Positions 29,698-38,248 of a stretch of DNA of 64,000 nucleotides are shown one piece after another. Each line of letters starts with the position of its first letter. Positions within the stretch are counted from its first letter, which is position 1. The notes beneath the pieces are model-generated. The model worked only from the letters and a program-made list of their open reading frames with translations. It did no database searches and was not told where the DNA came from. Source of the DNA: Candidatus Hodarchaeota archaeon (GTDB lineage: Archaea > Asgardarchaeota > Lokiarchaeia > Sigyniarchaeales > SOKP01); contig JBHLKM010000005.1 in assembly GCA_048886685.1 (NCBI GenBank), positions 106,958-170,957 of the forward strand. Reading direction: 5' to 3'. The position numbers were made by a program, and so were the translations under genes.

Positions 29698-31677
29698 ATG
29701 ATAAAAAGTGAATATGAAAAAATTGAATATGGAGAAAATATAACTGCTGTTATTATAGAAGTTCAACATGAGAAATATCTAATTGAAGTTGAGAATGTCA
29801 AAGAGATATATCCACCTGGAGAATCTATAATTCCAGTGCCATTATCAGAAAAATCAATTGTCGGTGTCATTAACATCAGAGGAGAGATTTATTCCATTAT
29901 ATCATTACGGCATAATATTTTTGAAGATAGTGTAGATTATGGTTTAAATGAGCATTCAAGGATTTTACTTTTGGAATGGGAAGATTTAAATATTGCCTTA
30001 CTAGTGGACTCAGTAATCGGTGTTAGAGAATTTCCAATTTCAATTTTTAAACAGCAAGGTACAATTGTAAAAACCAATATAGATTTTAAATTTATAAAAT
30101 TAACAGGTGTTTTTCAAGATGAACCATTTATTCTTTTAGATTTGGATGCTTTAATCCAACCTTACACTAAGGCTTCCGAAAGAAGAATTGAAAAGAAAAC
30201 TAACGTAATCCCTATAGTACCGGAAAAACCAGAAGTTATACCTAAAAAAGCTAAAAAAGTTATAGAACCTGAAATAAGTTATACGGAATCTACCGTCATT
30301 CTCCCACAATCATCTAAAATGCCAAAATTAACAAAGATCCCTAATGTTGAAAAAATTGAATTGTCAGCTGATCAAAAAGATATCCTGAGAGAAATGGGGA
30401 ATATAGGAACTGGAAATGCAGTTACAGCATTATCACGACTCATCAAAAAGAAAATTGATGTAACTCTTACAGATGTAGGAATTATCTCTTTTGATCAATT
30501 ATCAGATCAGTTTGGTGGACCTAAGGAGAGGGTATGTGGAATTTTTTGTCATTTAGATGAACCTTCCCAATCTACTATATTGAATATTTTTGAGATGAAA
30601 CCTTTAATGAGTTTAATCGCAACTTTAGCTGGAAAAAAATCAAAAATTGATCCTAATAAAGTGAAAACTAAAAAAGATCTTGATGAATTCGCAATTTCAA
30701 CAATTACGGAAATGGGAAACATTATGGCGGGACACTATGCATCAGCATTAGCAGATTTATTGGAAACTAAATTAATGATCGATATACCAGAATTTGCAAT
30801 GAGTAATGCAGGTGAATTGGGGGAATTTCTCTCTCAAGAGCTTAATTCGATTGCTGACTTTATAATTATTATTAAAACATCTGTAAAGGTTTCTGATTTA
30901 AAATTAAAAGGTATTTTCTTTTTAATCCCAGGCATTAGAACTTTAAATATGTTTTTCAATAAACTTGGAATTGAACAGGAAATATCTGTTGGAAATTTAA
31001 AGGATAGCCAAGAATCAAAACAATTAGATGTTAACAAGTTGAAACTCACAGAACTTCAGAGAGATGCCCTACAAGAAGTTGGAAATATAGGTGCTGGAAA
31101 TGCTGCAAACGCTTTAGCTCAAATGATTAATAAAAGAGTTGACATTAATATTCCATTAGTAGAAATGGTTGAACTGGATGACTATGCAAATAAAATTAGT
31201 AAAAAAGATGAAAAACTTCTAGTTGCTTGGAGTAATATTATTGGAAAAACGAGAGCAACTGTTCTTACAATGTTTAATGTTAAAGATGCAATTGATATAA
31301 CCTCGATAATCGTTGATGATCCCGGTAAAAAGAAAATTGATTTAAGAAAAACTATTTCCAAGGCAGATGATTTTCCAGAACTATATAAAAGCGCTATTTC
31401 AGAATTGGGGCATATTTTAGGAAGTCATTATGTTAGTGCTATAGGAGATCTTTTAGGTATACGTTTAATGACCGAACCCCCTGATATGAGTGTGGATACT
31501 GGTCAACAACTATTTAGTATATTGAAAGAAGAAATAGGGCTCTTAAAGAAATTATCTCTGGTAATTACCACAAGTGTTATTATTAAAGATATTGAAATTG
31601 TAGGTACATTCTTATTTATTCCAAGTCTCGATACTTTACAAGATCTTTTAGACGCTTTACTAAATTTCTACTCTTAA
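29698..31677 (+). CDS. CheW-CheC-CheC fusion protein
   Basis: N-terminal CheW (IVGVINIRGEIYSII, LLVDSV), Pro/Lys-rich linker, two CheC domains (EMGNIGTGNA, EMGNIMAG, EVGNIGAGNA, ELGHILG). Confidence 0.9.
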   Translation: MIKSEYEKIEYGENITAVIIEVQHEKYLIEVENVKEIYPPGESIIPVPLSEKSIVGVINIRGEIYSIISLRHNIFEDSVDYGLNEHSRILLLEWEDLNIALLVDSVIGVREFPISIFKQQGTIVKTNIDFKFIKLTGVFQDEPFILLDLDALIQPYTKASERRIEKKTNVIPIVPEKPEVIPKKAKKVIEPEISYTESTVILPQSSKMPKLTKIPNVEKIELSADQKDILREMGNIGTGNAVTALSRLIKKKIDVTLTDVGIISFDQLSDQFGGPKERVCGIFCHLDEPSQSTILNIFEMKPLMSLIATLAGKKSKIDPNKVKTKKDLDEFAISTITEMGNIMAGHYASALADLLETKLMIDIPEFAMSNAGELGEFLSQELNSIADFIIIIKTSVKVSDLKLKGIFFLIPGIRTLNMFFNKLGIEQEISVGNLKDSQESKQLDVNKLKLTELQRDALQEVGNIGAGNAANALAQMINKRVDINIPLVEMVELDDYANKISKKDEKLLVAWSNIIGKTRATVLTMFNVKDAIDITSIIVDDPGKKKIDLRKTISKADDFPELYKSAISELGHILGSHYVSAIGDLLGIRLMTEPPDMSVDTGQQLFSILKEEIGLLKKLSLVITTSVIIKDIEIVGTFLFIPSLDTLQDLLDALLNFYS

Positions 31678-31737
31678 ATTTATTCTTTTCTAAAAATATA
31701 TTTAATATATTTTTTTTTTCAATTTTAAGAAAAGTTT

Positions 31738-32340
31738 TTGAAACTTAAAACAAGTATTTTGAGCCCAAAAAAAGATGAACGAATTATGTTAAGAACTGGT
31801 TATTACGATTATATATATAAGGTAGATGGAGAAACAATAAAATTAAAACCAGAAAAAATTTTTGATCCTTCAGGAGTATATTTAATCGTAGATAAAGAGT
31901 TAAAACTCATATGGATTTGGGCAGGTAGCCATTCTCGTTTATTTCATAGGTATATGGCTGCGAACTGGGCTGGGAAATTAAAAACTAAAAAAAAATTCTA
32001 CAATTTCAAGTATGAAGTTATTAAACAAGGATTAGAACCCACTGAATTCGGTATAATTTACAAAGAAATTAAGGAAAATAGAACTGATTTAACATATCCC
32101 GGCCAATCGAGAGATGATTTAATTAATAGTGAACCATTAGATGAGTATATTTCAAGAACTTCACCCAGTCAAGCTAAAACAATGGACTTGCTTTCGGATA
32201 GCACTTTAATATCTAAATCTGATAAATCTCGAATAAGAAAGATATTATCTGAAATAAAGGAAATGCAAAGCCATATTAAATATTCTATTGAACATATTCA
32301 ACAACGTTTTACTGAAATTGAAAAAATATTAGGTAGATAG
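31738..32340 (+). CDS. Single gelsolin-domain protein with C-terminal coiled coil; alternative ATG at 31786
   Basis: FDPSGVYLIVD..LIWIWAGSHSRLFHRYMAANWAGKL...EVIKQGLEPTEF fits the gelsolin core (xxDxxxxIxxWxGxxS...A...A...QGxExxEF); heptad-like tail. Confidence 0.8.
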   Translation: MKLKTSILSPKKDERIMLRTGYYDYIYKVDGETIKLKPEKIFDPSGVYLIVDKELKLIWIWAGSHSRLFHRYMAANWAGKLKTKKKFYNFKYEVIKQGLEPTEFGIIYKEIKENRTDLTYPGQSRDDLINSEPLDEYISRTSPSQAKTMDLLSDSTLISKSDKSRIRKILSEIKEMQSHIKYSIEHIQQRFTEIEKILGR

Positions 32341-33371
32341 TGAGTTCAAAATTGATCAAAATTGAAAATATTCAAATGGATGGAGATTATTATTCTTTAC
32401 TGCTTGAATATTTGGGTAATAAAACAGCGTTAAATTTTGAATATTATCGTAGGAATTTAGTGGAGAGGAGATTAAAAGCAAGAGTGATTCGGGTTAAATG
32501 TAGCACTCTTCATTCTTATTATTATTATATCAAAGATAATCCTGTTGAGATTGAGAAATTTATCGACAGTTTTAACATTAATTATTCTTGTTTTTTCAGA
32601 AATTGCGAAGTTTTTCAGCAATTTGAAAATTTTTTTTTGAAGTGTTTAAATTATAAGAGAGAAGATATTCTTACCAATTTGAAACCAAAACGCAAAGGAA
32701 AATCAAAAGGTTCATTAAAAAATAAAAAAAATTCAGATAATAGAAGTCAATATAGGAAATTAATGATAATGAAATCTGAAAATGCACTTAAATTTTCTGA
32801 AAAAACATCTCTCTATAGAAAAATAAATGGAGCTTCAAGATCGAAGGAAATTATCAGAATATGGTCATGTCCTTATGCTTCTGGTGAAGAACCTTATTCG
32901 ATTGCAATAATTTTAGATAATTTGAAAAACCAGATACCTGAATTTCCTCAATTTAAGATTATTGCATCAGATATTGATAATGATGCTATTAATAAAGCAC
33001 ACATAGGACTTTATAATGAAAATGTCATGCGAGAAATTTCAAAATTCAATGAAGAGAATTATTTTATAAAAAATGAAAGTAAGTTTGGTTATAAATACTT
33101 AATTAATGAGGACCTCAAGAAATATGTAGAATTTATTGAGGAAGATATTACAAAAGGTTATGAAAAAACTAAAAAATATGATATAATATTTTGTCGATAT
33201 CTTCTAATTTATATAAGTCGAGAGGCACGGAACAATTTCTTGGAAATTATTGAAAAGCAATTAAACCCTGGCGGGTTATTGATTTTAGGTAAAACAGAAA
33301 CCTTATTTAATTCATATAATACGCTTAAATTAATCGACTCCCGTAATCATATCTATTTAAAAATTAATTAA
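32340..33371 (+). CDS. cheR: Chemotaxis methyltransferase CheR
   Basis: INYSCFFRN, IRIWSCPYASGEEPYSIA, ASDID, YDIIFCRYLLIY, GGLLILGKTE. Confidence 0.93.
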   Translation: MSSKLIKIENIQMDGDYYSLLLEYLGNKTALNFEYYRRNLVERRLKARVIRVKCSTLHSYYYYIKDNPVEIEKFIDSFNINYSCFFRNCEVFQQFENFFLKCLNYKREDILTNLKPKRKGKSKGSLKNKKNSDNRSQYRKLMIMKSENALKFSEKTSLYRKINGASRSKEIIRIWSCPYASGEEPYSIAIILDNLKNQIPEFPQFKIIASDIDNDAINKAHIGLYNENVMREISKFNEENYFIKNESKFGYKYLINEDLKKYVEFIEEDITKGYEKTKKYDIIFCRYLLIYISREARNNFLEIIEKQLNPGGLLILGKTETLFNSYNTLKLIDSRNHIYLKIN

Positions 33372-33389
33372 AGATGAATTTATTAGTAA

Positions 33390-34535
33390 ATGTCAATCAG
33401 AGTATTACTTGCCGAGGATTCCGCATATCAAAGAAAAATTATTTTTGAAATGATTACATCGAATGAGGAAATTGAAGTCTTAGATGTTGCTAAAAATGGA
33501 AAGGAGGCAATTCAAAAGATAGGAGAGCATAATCCAGATGTAATTCTATTAGATCTTATAATGCCTGAAGTCGATGGATTATCTGTTCTCAAATTCCTTT
33601 CAGAACACTATCCAATCCCAACGATAGTTTTTACAGGTCTCAAACTTGAATCTTTGGATGATTCTGTTCAGGCCCTACTTTTGGGTGCTTTTGATTTTAT
33701 TATTAAACCGACTGGCTATTGGGAAGAGGAATTTCCTAAATTTAAAGAAAAGCTGATTTCTAGCATTTTATATGCTGGTAAAATAAAAAAAAGTTATGAA
33801 AAACGTAACACACTTATTAAAGAATCAATTTACACCCATTTCAGTTCGGATATAGAAGATAAAAAAAACATAACTAGCAAACCAGTAAAACCAGTAGCTT
33901 CTGAAATATCAAAAATAACTTCTTCAGATATAACAAATTTAAAATCTAATATTATAGTAATAGGAACCAGTACTGGAGGACCTAGAACCTTAAAATCAAT
34001 TTTAAAAAAGATTCCAAAAGATTTTCCTAGCCCTATTTTAATGGTGCAGCATCTAGATGCTTTTTTTATGAAGCAACTCGCTAAATCTTTAAATGATGTT
34101 TGTGAAATTGAAATTAAAATCCCAGTAAATGGTGAAAAGATTCAGCCGGAAAAAGTATACCTTAGCCCTGGAGGTAATCATATGCAAGTTGTAATGAGAA
34201 ATAACTCCCCCTGTATTAAGATTTTTAAAGGTGAGCCAGTTAATTTTTGCATGCCCTCTGTAGATGTATTATTTTTTTCTGTCGCAGAAATTTATAAACA
34301 ACATTCAATGGGCATTCTTTTAACAGGATTAGGAGATGATGGTGCAGCAGGTTTAGATGCTATTAAATTAGCTGGAGGGAAAACAATAGCTGAATCTGAA
34401 GAAACTTGTGTTGTGTATGGAATGCCAAAAGCAGCTGTGAAAAGCGGTGCTGCTAAATTAATTCTTCCAAATTATCAGATTCGAGATTATATGATGAAAT
34501 TTGCTAAAAACTTTACTTTTGATCTTAAAAACTAA
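33390..34535 (+). CDS. cheB: Chemotaxis methylesterase CheB (receiver plus esterase)
   Basis: Receiver LDLIMP; catalytic GTSTGG, VQH, PSVDVLF, LTGLGDDG. Confidence 0.95.
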   Translation: MSIRVLLAEDSAYQRKIIFEMITSNEEIEVLDVAKNGKEAIQKIGEHNPDVILLDLIMPEVDGLSVLKFLSEHYPIPTIVFTGLKLESLDDSVQALLLGAFDFIIKPTGYWEEEFPKFKEKLISSILYAGKIKKSYEKRNTLIKESIYTHFSSDIEDKKNITSKPVKPVASEISKITSSDITNLKSNIIVIGTSTGGPRTLKSILKKIPKDFPSPILMVQHLDAFFMKQLAKSLNDVCEIEIKIPVNGEKIQPEKVYLSPGGNHMQVVMRNNSPCIKIFKGEPVNFCMPSVDVLFFSVAEIYKQHSMGILLTGLGDDGAAGLDAIKLAGGKTIAESEETCVVYGMPKAAVKSGAAKLILPNYQIRDYMMKFAKNFTFDLKN

Positions 34536-34553
34536 CTAAATAAGTAATTTAAA

Positions 34554-35102
34554 ATGACCGAACACCACCAAATAGGTAAAATTGAAGAGACAGACGGAAA
34601 TGGAGTAATCAATTTACCTATTGGTCATTATGCTATTGTTAATAATAAATATAGATTAGGCAAATTATATCCTAAGATTTCTATTTATGGAATAGGTTCA
34701 TGCATAGCTTTAATTCTTTGTGATTACATCAATTATGTTTGTGGGATGTCTCATATTTTGCTTCCCAAAACTACAAAAAAAATTATTAAATATCCTCATA
34801 AGTTTGCTAATTTATCTGCAATCCTCTTAATGCAAGAATTAATAAATTATGGAGCTGAAAGAAGGCATATTAAGGCAATTATCATAGGAGGATCCAGGAT
34901 ATTTGATTTGGATGACAATCTTATGGGATTTGATAATATTGGTTCCATAAAAGAAGAATTGAATAAATTAAATATTGATATTATTAAAGAAGATACAGGG
35001 GGATCAAAAGGGAGAATTGTCATTTTTGATTCTCAAGATTTTTCCTTATCTGTTAGATCTACTGGAGAAAATGATTTCAATATATTTACAAACTTAGAAT
35101 AA
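34554..35102 (+). CDS. cheD: Chemoreceptor glutamine deamidase CheD
   Basis: GIGSCIAL, GMSHILLP, KFA, IIGGSRIF, EDTGGSKGR. Confidence 0.93.
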   Translation: MTEHHQIGKIEETDGNGVINLPIGHYAIVNNKYRLGKLYPKISIYGIGSCIALILCDYINYVCGMSHILLPKTTKKIIKYPHKFANLSAILLMQELINYGAERRHIKAIIIGGSRIFDLDDNLMGFDNIGSIKEELNKLNIDIIKEDTGGSKGRIVIFDSQDFSLSVRSTGENDFNIFTNLE

Positions 35103-35134
35103 AAATAATTAGAAAATGAAAAGAGAGACTAAAA

Positions 35135-35809
35135 TTGAACCCAAATATTAATAATGACAAACAATTTGAAGGATTTAAACTAACATCAGAACAGTTAGAT
35201 ACGTTGATGGAACTAGGAAATATTGGTTCTGGACATGCAATAACAGCCCTTTCAAAATTATTAAACAATGAAATAGAAGTTTCCTTAACATCAGCCGAGG
35301 TTATTCCTTTTTGGAAGGTTCCTGAATTGTTCGATACTTCTAATGTAGAGGTATTTGGGATCTATTCTGAGATTCCATTCAATTCAGATATGTCAATAAT
35401 TCAAATATTCACAAAAGAATCACTCATTAATTTAATTAATCTCCTTAATATCAATGATACGATTTTAATTGAAAAGATAAGAAATATTGAGGATCTAGAT
35501 GATCTTTCTATAAGTATAATAACTGAAATAGGTAATATATTAACTGGACATTATGCAAGTGCTTTGGCAGATACATTATCAACTAAAATAATCCCGAATG
35601 TTCCAACCGTAGCACTTGATACAATAAATGCGATGTTAAACGGTATAATTGCTAAATACTCTCAATTATCAGATTATCTAGTAATAATAAGAACGAAAAT
35701 AGGATTACCAGAAATTAAATTAAATTGTATAATGTGTTTTATCCCTTCTATAAACATTTTAACAAATCTATTTACCCTTTTAAATATAAAATATAATTTA
35801 AATCTATAG
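35135..35809 (+). CDS. cheC: CheY-P phosphatase CheC
   Basis: ELGNIGSGHAITALS and EIGNILTG...PNVP. Confidence 0.9.
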   Translation: MNPNINNDKQFEGFKLTSEQLDTLMELGNIGSGHAITALSKLLNNEIEVSLTSAEVIPFWKVPELFDTSNVEVFGIYSEIPFNSDMSIIQIFTKESLINLINLLNINDTILIEKIRNIEDLDDLSISIITEIGNILTGHYASALADTLSTKIIPNVPTVALDTINAMLNGIIAKYSQLSDYLVIIRTKIGLPEIKLNCIMCFIPSINILTNLFTLLNIKYNLNL

Positions 35810-35815
35810 AAAGAA

Positions 35816-36775
35816 ATGTCAAGAATAAACATGTTAGAAGATCTGCTTTCCAATCTTTTAAATGAAGTAAACGATCTTTCTGCAGCTTTAGTTGTAGACT
35901 TAGATGGGCTAATTATTGCTAAAAAATCAAATGGTGGATTTGATGAAGAATTAATTGGTGCTATTATGGGTATTCTTGAACAAACAATCAATAGGATTAA
36001 AAAGTATACAGAAACGTCATTTGGAAGTGGAACTCTTGACACTAATGAGTTTCAATTATTTTATATAGAATTAAGTAAAGTAGTCCCAGCAATTTTTGTA
36101 TTGGTTGGGGACCAATATTCAAATATTAACCAATTTATTCCTTACGCATATATAGTAGCAGAAAAAATTTCATTGATTTTAAATAATCGAGAAATCCCTG
36201 TAAATCTTCCAAAATTAACTAATTCTGCAGAAATAATATTAGAACCCGAGTCTAATACCCAATATGGCAATAATAATGTAAACAAAATAGTTGTCGTTGG
36301 ATCTGAGGCGGTTGGGAAAAGTTCATTGGTTGAAATGTATAGGGAAGGAATATTTGAAGAAATATATAAACCCACGATTGGAATTTCAATTAAAGAGAAA
36401 AAACTTCAAATTTCCAAAGACTTTAATTTATTCCTATATCTCCTTGACTTAGGGGGTCTTAAAAGTTTTGCCAAAATTCGCAAATTTTATTATAATTATT
36501 CAAACGCAGTTCTAATTTTGTTTGATTATACCAAAACGGAAACATTTAATAATATCTCTGATTGGATTGAAGAATTACGTAAATTTATCAAAAATAAGTC
36601 GATCCCAGTTGTTCTCATAGGAAATAAAATCGACCTTGTTGAAAATCGTGAAGAAATTAGGATTAAGGCAGAAAATCTAGCAGAGCAATATAACATCCCA
36701 TTCTTTGAAACTTCAGCATATACTGGTGAAGGTATAGATGAATTGTTTACTTACTTAATTTCAACCTTGTTTTAG
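35816..36775 (+). CDS. Roadblock/LC7-small GTPase (Rab-like) fusion
   Basis: N-terminal ALVVDLDGLIIA (roadblock); G1 GSEAVGKS, G2 PTIG, G3 DLGG, G4 NKID, G5 ETSA; no C-terminal Cys prenylation motif. Confidence 0.9.
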   Translation: MSRINMLEDLLSNLLNEVNDLSAALVVDLDGLIIAKKSNGGFDEELIGAIMGILEQTINRIKKYTETSFGSGTLDTNEFQLFYIELSKVVPAIFVLVGDQYSNINQFIPYAYIVAEKISLILNNREIPVNLPKLTNSAEIILEPESNTQYGNNNVNKIVVVGSEAVGKSSLVEMYREGIFEEIYKPTIGISIKEKKLQISKDFNLFLYLLDLGGLKSFAKIRKFYYNYSNAVLILFDYTKTETFNNISDWIEELRKFIKNKSIPVVLIGNKIDLVENREEIRIKAENLAEQYNIPFFETSAYTGEGIDELFTYLISTLF

Positions 36776-36845
36776 CATTTAAATAAGTATAAATTATAGT
36801 GCACTACTATTTATTAGATCAATTAGACTTTATAGGGAGATTTAG

Positions 36846-38210
36846 TTGTCAATCGACGTTATAATTGCTGACGATTCTGCGTATTTAAGAAAAAGCATTG
36901 CTGATATTCTTAAAGGCAGTGAAATAGTAAATATTTTAGAATTTGCTAAAGATGGAGAAGAAGCCATTAAGTTTGTCAAGAAATTTAGCCCAGATGTTTT
37001 AGTTTTAGACTTAGTAATGCCTAAAATGAATGGATTAGATGCTTTCAAAGTGATCATGGAAGAGCGCCCAACACCTACAGTTATTCTCTCAGCCATAAGT
37101 CCTAAAAACCTTGATTCATCTATTCAGGCACTTTTAATGGGAGCCTTTGATTATATTATAAAACCGGGGGGAATTGGTGCTAAAGATTTACCACGATTCC
37201 GTGAAGAATTACTAGCTAAAGTACTTTTAGCTTCTCAATCACAAATCAAGAAAATTTTTAGAAAAGAAGATGGAGTTTATAGAAAGAATAAATCGATAAG
37301 GCAAGAAATAGTTGATCAAATCTTTGATTTTGGGCAATATTTGAATACCCTAACACCTATTACAGAAGCTGAGGAAAATCAACAAGTAATAGATATTGGT
37401 AAAACTAAAGAAGTACAGAAAGAGTTAACAACTAAATCAATAATAAAGCAAACTGAAAAAGTAGATGAATTGCGAATAGAGAAATCTATAAAACCTAAAG
37501 ATCCAGTAAATTTATCTAGTATTAATGCTACTAAGCCCTTTATAAGAACTTCATTACAGAAATCTCTACCAAGTTTGCAGAAAAGAAAAGAACCACCTTA
37601 CAATCCTAACCTAACTCCCATTAAAGGAGTTTCTCTCACATCAAATATAATTGTAATTGGTGCTAGTGTAGGTGGACCTCGTACTATCACTACTATATTA
37701 AAAGAAATTCCTAGAAATTTCCCTGCTCCTATTTTAGTAGTTCAACATTTATCAGCTCATTTTACAGAAGCTTTTGCGGATAATTTAGATATGGAATGTA
37801 AATTAAAAGTTAAAGTGGCGACTAATGGAGAGTATATTAAACCTAGAGAAATTTATATTGCTCCAGGAGAAAGTCATATGGAAATTTCAGTTGATGATAA
37901 AAGACCTTGTATTAAAATATATAAAGGTAAACCAGTAAACTTTTGCATGCCTTCAATAGATGTTTTATTCTATTCAGCAGCAAGAGTGTATCGAGATCGA
38001 ACTATGGGGGTATTACTAACTGGTATGGGCTCTGATGGTGTTGAGGGGTTAGCTTCTATCCAAAAAGTAGGTGGGAAAACAATTTCAGAATCTGAGGAAA
38101 CATCTATTTTATTTGCTATGCCAAAATTCGCAGCAGAAAAGGGTTATGCTGATTTGGTTTTACCAAATTACTCAATTTACTCTGAAATTATTAAATTTGG
38201 CAGAAAATGA
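36846..38210 (+). CDS. cheB: Second CheB with a long interdomain linker
   Basis: Receiver LDLVMP; GASVGG, VQH, PSIDVLF, LTGMGSDG. Confidence 0.93.
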   Translation: MSIDVIIADDSAYLRKSIADILKGSEIVNILEFAKDGEEAIKFVKKFSPDVLVLDLVMPKMNGLDAFKVIMEERPTPTVILSAISPKNLDSSIQALLMGAFDYIIKPGGIGAKDLPRFREELLAKVLLASQSQIKKIFRKEDGVYRKNKSIRQEIVDQIFDFGQYLNTLTPITEAEENQQVIDIGKTKEVQKELTTKSIIKQTEKVDELRIEKSIKPKDPVNLSSINATKPFIRTSLQKSLPSLQKRKEPPYNPNLTPIKGVSLTSNIIVIGASVGGPRTITTILKEIPRNFPAPILVVQHLSAHFTEAFADNLDMECKLKVKVATNGEYIKPREIYIAPGESHMEISVDDKRPCIKIYKGKPVNFCMPSIDVLFYSAARVYRDRTMGVLLTGMGSDGVEGLASIQKVGGKTISESEETSILFAMPKFAAEKGYADLVLPNYSIYSEIIKFGRK

Positions 38211-38248
38211 GTCTTTTCAGTATAAATCATTCCATTTAATTCCTTTTC

